From IMG/VR virus record IMGVR_UViG_3300044655_001643: a stretch of 64,000 nucleotides of DNA. The stretch is one strand, 5' to 3'. Both the position numbers and the translations under genes were made by a program. The notes below the pieces were generated by a model. It saw nothing but the letters and a program-made list of their open reading frames with translations. It made no database searches and was not told where the DNA came from. Source of the stretch: a virus. This document shows, one piece after another, positions 35,881 through 46,213 of this stretch; the first letter of the stretch is position 1, and every line of letters starts with the position of its first letter.

Positions 35881-36773
35881 GTCTTGAAATTTGTTACCAA
35901 TTTCATACCATATTCATCGTTACTTTTTGGCAACATGATGTCTTTTTTGTAACGAAGTTCATTCTTCTTGAATGGTGAATAGTCCACATAGTGGTGCCAG
36001 CGTTTATATCGCCAGACCATTCGTGCTACATCAGGGTGCATTCTTACCAGCATCTCAGATTTGTTTCTTGTACCTTCAGCATTCACACCATCAATCCAGA
36101 TATTCTTTTCTAGACCTTCTTTGTGGTAAAACTCTTCAGTGTTACCACCCTTGACAGTTTGTGTTGCTGCTTTACCTTGCAAGAATGCATTGAACTGAAT
36201 CGTGCAATCACCATCTTTCAAAACACGCAGACAAATATCAGTATCTTCATTGTAACGACCACGCCAACGATGTTTACAATTATTATCTATCAATAATGTG
36301 GAATAGATTCGTGTGTTCTTTACATAAGGTGGATAACTTTGATTTGGTGCAATAAAGAATCGATACTGAAAGCCAGAGATTGGAACATTCTCAAATCGAT
36401 CAACGAAATCTTCTGCGGCTTTGAAGATAACACCAGACTCTACACGAATACGATAGTTCTGATGAAGTCTATAGAAGTCAGAGATGTTATCGTCAAGTAC
36501 CCAATGCTTGTCGGCACCGATTGAGATAGAATGATCCCATGCAAAGTTTCTAGCACGACCAGGACCATCACCGTGATTACTGAATGGTGCAACAATCAGT
36601 GTTACATAGTCACGAATGTTGAACTTGTCTAGTGCTTTATCATATGCTTCTTCATCTTGTGGCTCAACCACAATGTAGTGTGGCACTCTCATTCTCGACA
36701 ATGATTTTGATGTAATCATTGTGTCTGAACGACCCTTAGAAACGATATAAACTGGATTCGTTGGATTTGTCAT
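35877..36773 (-). CDS. TAGT/GREB1-like glycosyltransferase (putative DNA base modification)
   Basis: PVYIVSKGR, ARNFAWD, HWVLDDNI and WRGRYNEDTD motifs. Confidence 0.7.
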   Translation of the reverse strand: MTNPTNPVYIVSKGRSDTMITSKSLSRMRVPHYIVVEPQDEEAYDKALDKFNIRDYVTLIVAPFSNHGDGPGRARNFAWDHSISIGADKHWVLDDNISDFYRLHQNYRIRVESGVIFKAAEDFVDRFENVPISGFQYRFFIAPNQSYPPYVKNTRIYSTLLIDNNCKHRWRGRYNEDTDICLRVLKDGDCTIQFNAFLQGKAATQTVKGGNTEEFYHKEGLEKNIWIDGVNAEGTRNKSEMLVRMHPDVARMVWRYKRWHHYVDYSPFKKNELRYKKDIMLPKSNDEYGMKLVTNFKT

Positions 36774-37536
36774 TTCTTTTCCATATCAAAGGTTTGTTAT
36801 TCCATATTCCACATTTGATGTTTTCATACTGTCTTTTTTTCAGATGTTGATTGAACATCTTACCAATCTTATCTTGATTCACAATCATACCAGCAACATC
36901 ATAATTTGTAAAGTGACCCATTCCCCAAGTGTTGAATGAGTTGGCAATAATCATGTGCTTCGGATTCAAGTTGCTAATGATATCATCGACATGTTCAATT
37001 GGATTATAAATGTGTTCAAAGTATTCTGAAGCAAATAGCATATCAACTGGCTCTCCAATCTCAGTGATAGAACCCACTAAATTGAAGTTCATTCTTTTTG
37101 CCATTATTTCACAATAATCCCACTGCTTTGTGCCTCTTAGATTTATAGCATAAACTTTTGCTTCAGGAAATATTTGCTTCAGTAAACACGTACTATAACT
37201 TATACCACAACCAATGTCAACAATAACTTTGGATTCTTTGAGTTCTTGGAAGTGAGGTGATTTGATAATTCGTTTGATGTAATCTCTGCTGTATGAAACA
37301 AAACAATTGAACACATCAATGAAGTAATAGTCATGATTGTACACATCATAAATGTTTCTGGTGTCTTTGTTCTCTAGATCATCATACCACTTATTTGATA
37401 ATTCCAAAAAAACTTTATCAGTCTTTCTGATTGCTTTACATTCTTCAGCATCTACTGGAAATAGTTTGCCGTAGTCTCGTAAGAAATATTCAAACAAGAC
37501 TTGTGGTTTTTCTTTGAGAAAATCTATCTGACTCAC
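36736..37536 (-). CDS. class I SAM-dependent methyltransferase
   Basis: IVDIGCGIS and ASEYFEHI motifs. Confidence 0.75.
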   Translation of the reverse strand: MSQIDFLKEKPQVLFEYFLRDYGKLFPVDAEECKAIRKTDKVFLELSNKWYDDLENKDTRNIYDVYNHDYYFIDVFNCFVSYSRDYIKRIIKSPHFQELKESKVIVDIGCGISYSTCLLKQIFPEAKVYAINLRGTKQWDYCEIMAKRMNFNLVGSITEIGEPVDMLFASEYFEHIYNPIEHVDDIISNLNPKHMIIANSFNTWGMGHFTNYDVAGMIVNQDKIGKMFNQHLKKRQYENIKCGIWNNKPLIWKRNDKSNESSLYRF

Positions 37537-37883
37537 TCTTCAATCCATCTCTTCAAAGAATTCTCATCCCTTTCTAGTTTTGGATACCAGATAGACTTTG
37601 TTTTCTCTGTAAGATTCTGATCAACTAATTTGGCAAATGCTTCATAATCTTCTTTGTTTCGAAAATGAAGATATAAGGTCTTGTATGTTTTCTTTTCATT
37701 TTGCTCAAACGCCGGCATACCTACCCAATGTTTTTGCCACTCAGCATTTTGAGTATCTACGCCATCATCTTCATCATCAGATTCACCAAAAAAACGATTG
37801 AGAGTTGGTGGTTGATATTCGTCAGTCAACAACTCCATACAGTTTTCATATGTGGTAGATTCTTTAGCATCAGAAGTTTTCAT
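37533..37883 (-). CDS. hypothetical protein of the type found next to TAGT-like genes
   Basis: WVGMPAFEQ...HFRNKEDYEAF...TKSIWYP. Confidence 0.65.
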   Translation of the reverse strand: MKTSDAKESTTYENCMELLTDEYQPPTLNRFFGESDDEDDGVDTQNAEWQKHWVGMPAFEQNEKKTYKTLYLHFRNKEDYEAFAKLVDQNLTEKTKSIWYPKLERDENSLKRWIEE

Positions 37884-38448
37884 TTTTCTTTCCTCTAATT
37901 ATTTTCTTTACCAATTTTGTTGCTTTCTGTCTTGCCATTTTCAAAGCAAGAGGCTTCACATGATCAGTATATCTGATTCCGTTCAAATGATCAAGCTCAT
38001 GTAGGAAACAACGTGCAGATAATCCGTGTAACTTTACCTGATTTACGTTACCATTTTCATCAGTAAATTCTACTTCAATCCATGATGGTCGATCAACATT
38101 CAAAAACAATGCTGGATAAGATAAGCATCCTTCTTTGTCTTTTACCACTGGGCCTTGATCAATTACTTTTGGATTGATACAGACTAGTTGAAACTCTTCT
38201 GTACCAATTACAAACATCCTCTCAGCAACGCCACATTGATTCGCAGAAAGACCAAGACCAGCGTACAACTTCATTGTCATCTTCAATCGTTTTGCTAATG
38301 TGACCATTGCGGGTGCTGGATATCCACCAGTATATTCTGGTATTCTTTGACCGAGCATAGAGAATTCTTCTCCGTAAACACGAAGAGGTTCAATTCTTTC
38401 TGATGTCTGTAAACCAGCAGTAGTATCAATTGTTAGAATTTCACTCAT
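37870..38448 (-). CDS. def: peptide deformylase
   Basis: GLGLSANQ, EGCLS and HELDHLNG motifs. Confidence 0.93.
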   Translation of the reverse strand: MSEILTIDTTAGLQTSERIEPLRVYGEEFSMLGQRIPEYTGGYPAPAMVTLAKRLKMTMKLYAGLGLSANQCGVAERMFVIGTEEFQLVCINPKVIDQGPVVKDKEGCLSYPALFLNVDRPSWIEVEFTDENGNVNQVKLHGLSARCFLHELDHLNGIRYTDHVKPLALKMARQKATKLVKKIIRGKKNENF

Positions 38449-40151
38449 TTTATCATCCTCGAAAAGTTCTTTACTTTCTCAAATCGAATTGTGTTTGCAA
38501 ATTTATCTTGTAGAATATCACCTTTGTGACTGATCACAAACAGATTTACTTCTTCAAGTGAATGCAGAATCTTCATCAACTCTTCTGTTCCATTATTATC
38601 TAGGCTTGAATCAAACACTTCATCAAGTATCAACAAATTGGTATTGATAGAGTTCTTCAGTTTTGCAACTGCTCTCCATGTGAGCATCAGTGCCATATCA
38701 ATTCTCTGCTTCTCACCCTCAGAGAAATTATGGTAACTAAAATCATCACGATGTCTGGACTTGATAGACTCTTTGAATGATTCATCAAGATTGAAGTTGA
38801 CAAAGAAATCCAGACTTGTCAAATACTTGTTTACCAATTTGTTGATCACAGGCAAATACTGTTTGACAATATTTGTTTTGATGCCAGTGTCTTTGAGTAG
38901 TGATGAAGCAGCATCATAATATGCCTTATCATCAATTAGTTGCTTGAGTTCTTTCTGTGCGTCTTTGATTTGTGTCTGAAGTGTCACAAGTTCGGTTTGA
39001 TCAACAATGTCATTATTTGTTTGTAGATTTTTGATTTCTTTTTCAAGACGAACAATGTTTTCGTTGTAGCCTTTTATCAATGTTTTTGTTGTGGCTAATT
39101 CAATACGAACGTTTGATTGTTCTTTTACATCATTACGAATAACATTCAGTAGAGATTCATGTGCAGATAATTTTACTTGTAATTCTTTAAGTGCCTCATT
39201 GAGTTCATGCTCTTTCGATGAGAGTTCAGTGCATAGTGTTTCTTTAAACTCCACGGTAATGGCTTGCCTACAAGTTGGACAATCAGCATTGTGTTCATAG
39301 AACTGTGTATCGTTTCGAACTTTGGATATCTTGCCTTCAATCTGAGACTCAACTTTCTTGTACGAAGCAATCTTGTTCTCAATCTCAGGCGCTTTTGCAA
39401 CAGTGTCATCCAAACTGGACAGTCGTTCGACCAGTATGTTAACCTCATCAGATAAGGTGCTAATGGTTTCTCTATTACTCTGTATCTCACCATCATACTC
39501 TTTTACCTTCTCTTCATTATTCTGATTGAGTTTGTCTAGATGTTCTTTCTTTAGATCATATCTTTGCTTGAGCAGTTCAATCTCATTCTTCTTTTGAACC
39601 ATTGAATCTTTGTTCAATGACAGTTTGCTTTTTACCAGACTGTTCATTACTGAGAAGATTTGAATGTCTAACAAATCTTCAATGATGGCACGGCGATCAG
39701 CAGCAGACAACTGCATGAACGGTGTAAAGGATGCTGAACCAAGAATGACGATCTGCGTAAAAGACTTATAGTTTAGTTTGAGAATAAACTTCTCTAAGTA
39801 GTCTTGATAGTCTCTAGCAGCCGCATCTTGATTCAGCAAAACCGAATCTTGATATATCTGAAAGATGTTGGGCTTGATGCCACGAACAATCTTGTACTCA
39901 CGGTTACCAATAGAGAATTCTACTTCAACAACACAATCTCTACCGTTTATACTATTTAGAAGATTGGGTTTGTTGATGTTACGAAATGGTTTACCAAACA
40001 AAGAGAAACATAAAGCATCAAGCATCGTTGATTTGCCTGCACCATTTGTGCCTACAATCAAAGTATTTGAAGTGCTGTTTAGTTGTATCTCAGAGAAATG
40101 GTTACCAGTTGAAAGAAGATTCTTCCATCTTAGTTTTTTGAAGTAAATCAT
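38445..40151 (-). CDS. gp46: recombination endonuclease ATPase subunit (gp46, Rad50-like)
   Basis: GTNGAGKST, CPTC zinc hook, FSEGEK and ILDEVFD motifs. Confidence 0.95.
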   Translation of the reverse strand: MIYFKKLRWKNLLSTGNHFSEIQLNSTSNTLIVGTNGAGKSTMLDALCFSLFGKPFRNINKPNLLNSINGRDCVVEVEFSIGNREYKIVRGIKPNIFQIYQDSVLLNQDAAARDYQDYLEKFILKLNYKSFTQIVILGSASFTPFMQLSAADRRAIIEDLLDIQIFSVMNSLVKSKLSLNKDSMVQKKNEIELLKQRYDLKKEHLDKLNQNNEEKVKEYDGEIQSNRETISTLSDEVNILVERLSSLDDTVAKAPEIENKIASYKKVESQIEGKISKVRNDTQFYEHNADCPTCRQAITVEFKETLCTELSSKEHELNEALKELQVKLSAHESLLNVIRNDVKEQSNVRIELATTKTLIKGYNENIVRLEKEIKNLQTNNDIVDQTELVTLQTQIKDAQKELKQLIDDKAYYDAASSLLKDTGIKTNIVKQYLPVINKLVNKYLTSLDFFVNFNLDESFKESIKSRHRDDFSYHNFSEGEKQRIDMALMLTWRAVAKLKNSINTNLLILDEVFDSSLDNNGTEELMKILHSLEEVNLFVISHKGDILQDKFANTIRFEKVKNFSRMIK

Positions 40152-41215
40152 TCAGGTTCAGTATTCAGTGCCTCAACATATAATTCACGCATCAATCCTT
40201 TCAACTTCTCACTTTCAACATTCAAGGAAAGATTGTCAATATACTTTGAAAGAATTGTCATTGTATCTTCTGCTTGATCAATCACATCATCATTTTCTGT
40301 GTCAAGTTCAGTCAAATCTTCGATCACAGAAATATCTGCCACTCCTGCTTTATACAAATTATCTATCACAACATCAAACAAAAAAGGATTCAGTTTGTTC
40401 TTCACTACAACTTTCACATAACAACCTTCGTACATTGAATAGTCGAATGTTCTATACTGTTCAGCAAAGTGTTCAAACTCATCATCATAATTGAGTTTAT
40501 AAAACATATGATAGGTGTTTTCAATAAACACCATCTCACGGGTATGTGTATCAAAAATATGAAAACCCCTGGGATCTTTGTAATCTGCCCATGTCATTTC
40601 ATTTGGTGAACCGACATAGAAGATATGTCCATCATCACTCTTATGATGAAAATGGCCAGACAATACTACATCATACTTGGACAATTCTTTTTTGTCAATA
40701 CCCTCGTGGGAAATATTGCCACGATCCATTTCGAAACCGGCAATCTCAAAATGGCCAACACATATCTGAGATTTGGTAGATTTTATTTGAGCAAAGATTT
40801 CATCTTGGTTATCGTCACATATCCAAGGTATAATGTCAATATCGATCCCATCAAAACTAACTGTACTGAAAGAATTATGTACAGTAATGTTATCATACTC
40901 TTTTAGAAGTAACTCTGAGGAGTTAACCTGAAGGGTGTTTTTGAATGATACATCATGGTTACCCAATAGTGTATGAAGCGTGAGATTGTTTTCTCTAAGT
41001 TTATCAAAGAAATACTTGCGACACAAATAGAGTGAATTGAAGTTGATAAACTTACGGCGGTCGAATAAATCGCCAAGTTGTATAATGGTTGATATACCAT
41101 TTTCTTTTAGGTAAGGGAAAAAGATGTTCTCGTAGAACTTCTCTATGTATTTATGAAATTCCAAAGAATCACCACGCATACCAAAATGCGTATCACCAAG
41201 TATACAGATTTTCAT
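40148..41215 (-). CDS. gp47: recombination endonuclease nuclease subunit (gp47, Mre11-like)
   Basis: GDTHFG, GDLFD, GNHD and SGHFH motifs. Confidence 0.95.
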   Translation of the reverse strand: MKICILGDTHFGMRGDSLEFHKYIEKFYENIFFPYLKENGISTIIQLGDLFDRRKFINFNSLYLCRKYFFDKLRENNLTLHTLLGNHDVSFKNTLQVNSSELLLKEYDNITVHNSFSTVSFDGIDIDIIPWICDDNQDEIFAQIKSTKSQICVGHFEIAGFEMDRGNISHEGIDKKELSKYDVVLSGHFHHKSDDGHIFYVGSPNEMTWADYKDPRGFHIFDTHTREMVFIENTYHMFYKLNYDDEFEHFAEQYRTFDYSMYEGCYVKVVVKNKLNPFLFDVVIDNLYKAGVADISVIEDLTELDTENDDVIDQAEDTMTILSKYIDNLSLNVESEKLKGLMRELYVEALNTEPE

Positions 41216-41664
41216 TTTTCGATGTGTTTTTGAGCGACTCTAGTTCTGAGTTCAGTCGAACTAAATTTGTGACTTCTGGAATTGTAATAAGTTTTTATTC
41301 CTCTGTTGTCACAGATGTCTAAACCAGTCAAATGTTTGTCTTTATATTCTTCACCACAGATACGAATAGTGATAGGAAGAAACATCAACAAATCTTCCAA
41401 ATCTTTTTCTGTTTCATAGACTACAATCTCATCGACAAATTTGACAGCGGAGAGTTGTACATATCTCTCAACTACAGATTGAACTGGTTTGTTTTTGGTG
41501 TCTGGTCTATCAATTGTTGGATCAGTTTGTAAACCAACGATCAAGTAGTCGCAAATTTGTTTACATTCGGCAAGCATCAAAATGTGACCAGCATGGAGTA
41601 AGTCGAAAGTTGAGCAGGTAAAACCAACAGGTTTTCCAATCATGTTATCAGGTAGTGTCAGCAT
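41212..41664 (-). CDS. TagD-like cytidylyltransferase
   Basis: STFDLLHAGH, IVGLQTD and SSTELR motifs. Confidence 0.85.
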   Translation of the reverse strand: MLTLPDNMIGKPVGFTCSTFDLLHAGHILMLAECKQICDYLIVGLQTDPTIDRPDTKNKPVQSVVERYVQLSAVKFVDEIVVYETEKDLEDLLMFLPITIRICGEEYKDKHLTGLDICDNRGIKTYYNSRSHKFSSTELRTRVAQKHIEK

Positions 41665-41668
41665 AGTG

Positions 41669-42205
41669 TTATTCTACATCATCCTCTAAGAATTGTTCAA
41701 GACCTTCTGACTTCTTTGCCTTCTTTTTCTTCTTATTTTCCTCGAAGTTGTGGATAAACTCGGAGATATTATCGTACAGTTCGAACTGTCTCATGTTACC
41801 ATCAATATCTTCATACATTTCACCTTCATCTAGTAATCCAAATTGTTGTGTTGCTTTGTACTTCACATACAGTTGCTTCTTTTCCCGCATAATTCTACGT
41901 AGAAATGCATAGTAAATTATCTGTGTAAAGTAAGCAAATGGATTCTTAGATTTGTCTGGATCAAAGTTACGGAAGTATTGAATACAGTTTTCTACACCAT
42001 CAGATATCATCTCATCACGGTAAGTATATGAAATGAAGTTAGGCTTGCGTGATAGATGTTCCGCAATCTTCAAAAAACATTCACCAATGTAATCTGGTAT
42101 CTTTGGCTCTGATGTGTTATTTTCTTTTGCTGCTTTACAATCATCACGATACTTGATAAGTGCTGTCAAAAAGTCGGCGTTGTTTACGTAGTGTTTAGTT
42201 GCCAT
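41669..42205 (-). CDS. gp55: late-transcription sigma factor (gp55)
   Basis: HYVNN, YIGECFLKIA and NPFAYFTQIIYYAFLRRI. Confidence 0.95.
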   Translation of the reverse strand: MATKHYVNNADFLTALIKYRDDCKAAKENNTSEPKIPDYIGECFLKIAEHLSRKPNFISYTYRDEMISDGVENCIQYFRNFDPDKSKNPFAYFTQIIYYAFLRRIMREKKQLYVKYKATQQFGLLDEGEMYEDIDGNMRQFELYDNISEFIHNFEENKKKKKAKKSEGLEQFLEDDVE

Positions 42206-43146
42206 TATACATTACCGTAAATATTATTTTTGAGATATGTATAACCCTTGATAAGTTCTTCAACACCATCATCTAATGTGTGATATGGCACCCAACCAGT
42301 TGCTTCTAACTTTTCGTTTGACACAATGTAGTTACGCTGATCTGGATCTTTCTTGATGTCGCCTTCTACAATCGTAAAGTTTGGCAGTTGTCTCTTGATG
42401 ATTTCACACAATTCTAACTTGGAGACATTTGCAGATGAAAGACCAACATTGTAAATTTGTCCTTTCATTTCATCAAACTGATAAATTGCATGTAGAAATG
42501 CTTCACATACATCACGAACATGAATGTAGTTGCGTTTGAAGTGTCCTTCAAAGATAACAACATAGCCATCATTGACAGCACGATAAGTCAAATCATTTAC
42601 TAGCAAATCAGTACGCATACGTGGTGACATGCCAAACACTGTAGCAAGACGATAACTAATTGAGTTCTCACGTTCCATCAATACTTTTTCAACAGCAACT
42701 TTATCCACAGCATACTTTGAAATAGGGCGCAGTGGTGAATCTTCAGTGCAGAAATTGTTTTCATCACCTGTGCCATAAGCTGAATTGGTAGTAGGCATGA
42801 TGATACGCTGTTCTTTTGATGTAGCATTGAGCATCCAGAATACAGCATCTTTATTTGTTGTATCTGCACCAACAACATCTTTATTACAGAGTGGCGCACC
42901 AACCAAAGCAGCAAGAGGAATGATAATGTCTGCTTGTTTGAGGAGAGGTGTAACATGCGCTGGATTACGAATATCTCCATTTACAATTGTTAGATTTTTA
43001 TTATCGCAAAGATGATTCAGACCTGACTGACGAAACATAAAGTTATCTAATACCGTAACTTGAAAGTTCATCTGAAGTAGATACTCTACTAGAATACAAC
43101 CAATGTAACCAGCACCACCAGTTACTAATACTTTTTGCCGATCCAT
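42205..43146 (-). CDS. NAD-dependent nucleotide-sugar epimerase/dehydratase
   Basis: TGGAGYIG, YAVDK and RNYIHVRD motifs. Confidence 0.9.
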   Translation of the reverse strand: MDRQKVLVTGGAGYIGCILVEYLLQMNFQVTVLDNFMFRQSGLNHLCDNKNLTIVNGDIRNPAHVTPLLKQADIIIPLAALVGAPLCNKDVVGADTTNKDAVFWMLNATSKEQRIIMPTTNSAYGTGDENNFCTEDSPLRPISKYAVDKVAVEKVLMERENSISYRLATVFGMSPRMRTDLLVNDLTYRAVNDGYVVIFEGHFKRNYIHVRDVCEAFLHAIYQFDEMKGQIYNVGLSSANVSKLELCEIIKRQLPNFTIVEGDIKKDPDQRNYIVSNEKLEATGWVPYHTLDDGVEELIKGYTYLKNNIYGNV

Positions 43147-43147
43147 A

Positions 43148-44329
43148 TTATACCCTATTCAAAATGTTTACGATTTCGTCAATTTGTGATTCTTTAAGTG
43201 TTGGATAATTTCCAATATAGAAACTATAAAAGTGCATATGATCCGTGTTTGGAAAGTTACGATAGTGATCTTTTGGTACAATATTTTCCAAATATGGTTG
43301 ACGTAATTGATTACCACCACCAGCAGAGCCTCTTCTGAACTCAACCTCTTCATCACGCATTTTATTCATCAAACGATTTACAAAATATTCTGTGCAATAT
43401 TCAGGCTGTAAAACAATGTTGAACGCATAGTTGCTACAACCAACAAGTTTGAAATCTACTTTGTATTTCTTTTGATCTAGTTTAGATAAAAAGTGAAATA
43501 GATTTTTATTTCTTAGATCAACATTTTTATCCAGATACTTCAACTGATTCTGACCAAGAATGCCACCAATTTCATTGTTACGCATATTGTATGCTGGATA
43601 TGCAAAGATGAAATCTGGATTCAGTGTTGGATATTTCTTTTTATAATCATCAGACATCTTTTCTGAACCACACTCACGAATCATACCATGTGAACGAAGC
43701 ATACGAACTGTGTGATAAACTTCTTCATCGTTTGTACAAACCATACCACCTTCAATTGTAGACATATGATGAGCAAAGTAGAATGAGAAGTTTGACATCC
43801 AACCATAACTACCTAACAATCTACCATTATGCATAGCGCCATGTGATTCGCAAACATCTTCAATCAAAGGAATGTTACGATGACGAAGAACTTCCAACAC
43901 TCTGTCAGATAAACAATCAAAGCCTTGTGCATAGGTAATAAACACAGCACGTGTTTTATCTGTGATAGCATTCAGTATGCCACCTTCATTCATACCAAGA
44001 GTGTCTAAGTCGATGTCAACAAACACTGGCGTAAATCCACATTGAATGATTGATGCGATATCAGATACCCATGTAAATGGTGGTACAATCACTTCACCAC
44101 CTTCTGGATGTTTGATCTTCAACATTGTCATTGACAATAGATTTGCCGAAGCACCAGAGTTGACAAAGACTGAATACTTTACGCCCAACCATTTAGACCA
44201 TGCTTCTTCAAAAGCACGACACTCTGGTCCATTTGTAAGTTTTGGATTATCTTTTTTGAGATGTTCTATTACCAAATCTAAATCTTCTCTAGTAATATTG
44301 TCAGACATTAGCGGATACTTCATCATCAC
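43148..44329 (-). CDS. DegT/DnrJ-family PLP enzyme, ColD/E1-type (His) 3-dehydratase-like
   Basis: NSGASAN, IEDVCESHG and SFYFAHHMSTIEGG motifs. Confidence 0.85.
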   Translation of the reverse strand: MMMKYPLMSDNITREDLDLVIEHLKKDNPKLTNGPECRAFEEAWSKWLGVKYSVFVNSGASANLLSMTMLKIKHPEGGEVIVPPFTWVSDIASIIQCGFTPVFVDIDLDTLGMNEGGILNAITDKTRAVFITYAQGFDCLSDRVLEVLRHRNIPLIEDVCESHGAMHNGRLLGSYGWMSNFSFYFAHHMSTIEGGMVCTNDEEVYHTVRMLRSHGMIRECGSEKMSDDYKKKYPTLNPDFIFAYPAYNMRNNEIGGILGQNQLKYLDKNVDLRNKNLFHFLSKLDQKKYKVDFKLVGCSNYAFNIVLQPEYCTEYFVNRLMNKMRDEEVEFRRGSAGGGNQLRQPYLENIVPKDHYRNFPNTDHMHFYSFYIGNYPTLKESQIDEIVNILNRV

Positions 44330-45309
44330 TCCATAATTATTTTACTACCAGTGTAATCAAATTTGAACGGCACCCATATATTGATTTCGGGTATTGCTTG
44401 TCTTATTATATCATGTTTTTCTGGAGATGCAAGAAACATAAAGAAACCACCACCACCTGCACCCATAAGTTTACCGCCATAAGCACCAGCACTCACTGCT
44501 TTATCATATATGTTATCTATATACCTTGTTGTAACATCATCCGTCAATTTTCTTTTGTAATTCCATTGCATATCAAGTAAAGCTCCAATATCTTTCATTG
44601 GTGCTTCCTGCATAAACAATGCCAAAGCATCATCGGAAATTTTAGATATTGTCTTTAGATATTCCTTTGACTTGCCCGTTTTGATATTATCGACTTGTTG
44701 TTTAGCATGAACATCTGCTAATCGATCTATACCAGAAAAGCCTAACATAATATGACTTTCTAAAACATCCAAATAACTTGTAGACACTTTTAGTGGTGAG
44801 ACTTTGATATTGCCACCAGAAAGTTCAATCACATTTACTCCACCATGTGCAGCAGAGATTTGATCTTGAACGCCAACAGATTCGCCTATGTAATTCTGTT
44901 CAATGTTTATCGCATCGATTGCCAATTCATAAGGCGAATATGTTCGTCGCTGATATCGTGCAATAGCATGTATCAGTCCAACAGTAAATGCAGAAGATGA
45001 TCCAATGCCCGAACGAGCAGGTAAATCACCATCATGACTAATAGAAATTCCGTTAGATATATCATAATACTTCAGACACTCCCTTACAGATGGATGGTCT
45101 ATTTCTGAGATATCATTGACGCTTTCTATCTTTGAATAGATAATCCGGTTAGCGTGTTCAAAATACGGCGGCAACTTCTTCAAACTTATATAGCAATAAT
45201 GTGCCATGGCAGCAGTGATTACTTTAGTTGAATGGCTGTTGAACCAATCAGGGTAATCTGTGCCACCTCCAAACAATGACAGACGATATGGTGTCTTAGA
45301 AATTATCAT
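44326..45309 (-). CDS. GHMP sugar kinase (HddA heptose-7-P kinase-like)
   Basis: TPYRLSLFGGGTD, PARSGIGSS, GVQDQ and GGKLMGAGGGG motifs. Confidence 0.88.
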   Translation of the reverse strand: MIISKTPYRLSLFGGGTDYPDWFNSHSTKVITAAMAHYCYISLKKLPPYFEHANRIIYSKIESVNDISEIDHPSVRECLKYYDISNGISISHDGDLPARSGIGSSSAFTVGLIHAIARYQRRTYSPYELAIDAINIEQNYIGESVGVQDQISAAHGGVNVIELSGGNIKVSPLKVSTSYLDVLESHIMLGFSGIDRLADVHAKQQVDNIKTGKSKEYLKTISKISDDALALFMQEAPMKDIGALLDMQWNYKRKLTDDVTTRYIDNIYDKAVSAGAYGGKLMGAGGGGFFMFLASPEKHDIIRQAIPEINIWVPFKFDYTGSKIIME

Positions 45310-46213
45310 TCAGAGTTTTCAGAATATTGTCTTTGTTCAAACCTAATTTATTCAATAGGTATTCTCTTCCACCATTTTCAAAGACATACATTTCAGGAAT
45401 AGTAATTTGTTTTACTTTCTTGAGTATGTCACTATCTGACATTGCTTCCATGACTGCCGCACCAAGAGAGCCTGATGGTGTTTGCTCATCGATAACAATA
45501 ACACCCGCACTCACATCGATTGCATTCAGCAAAGTTTTAGGAAATGGCTTTGACTGAATTAGATCAACACCGAAAATTCTATTTGGCTGTTCATCATATG
45601 CTTGCTTGACAATGTGAGCCATTTTACCAGAACCAATTACAACAACTTTGTCTTGATTTACTATATCACCCATTGCACGATACTGCAAATCAGTTTTGAA
45701 GTTGGTCACATCAAGTTCTGGTTGTTCATGTCTATCAAGTCTTACATAACAAAACTCTGGCTTATCTAAAAGTTTTTTTGCCAATCGTCTTGATGTTTCC
45801 GAATCGGCTGTAGTGTAAATGTTCACGTTCATAATTGAACGCAGACACGCAAAATCTTCTGTGATGTAATGAGTGGGACCAGCATCAGCATAACCAATGC
45901 CAATACCGACAGACATAATACAGATTGGTAAATCCATCATACTAGGACCGCATTTGATTTGCTCAATCGCACGAAGAGAGATAAATGGTGCCATTGCATA
46001 ACAGAATACTTTCTTTCCTTCAAGTGCAAGACCCGTGGCAATGTCAATCATTGCTTGTTCAGAGATGCCGCAGTGAATAAAGTTTTCTGGATACTTCTCA
46101 CGAAGTTCATCAAGTGCAGCAGCACCAAAATCAGCAGACAAAAAGTAAATGTCTTTGTCTGTTTTCAGTCTTTCGTTTATCTCTTCAATAAAAGCATCAC
46201 GCTGTAGCATCAT
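45296..46213 (-). CDS. transketolase-like, C-terminal (pyrimidine-binding) subunit
   Basis: LSADFG, GISEQAM and GPTH motifs. Confidence 0.88.
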   Translation of the reverse strand: MMLQRDAFIEEINERLKTDKDIYFLSADFGAAALDELREKYPENFIHCGISEQAMIDIATGLALEGKKVFCYAMAPFISLRAIEQIKCGPSMMDLPICIMSVGIGIGYADAGPTHYITEDFACLRSIMNVNIYTTADSETSRRLAKKLLDKPEFCYVRLDRHEQPELDVTNFKTDLQYRAMGDIVNQDKVVVIGSGKMAHIVKQAYDEQPNRIFGVDLIQSKPFPKTLLNAIDVSAGVIVIDEQTPSGSLGAAVMEAMSDSDILKKVKQITIPEMYVFENGGREYLLNKLGLNKDNILKTLNDNF

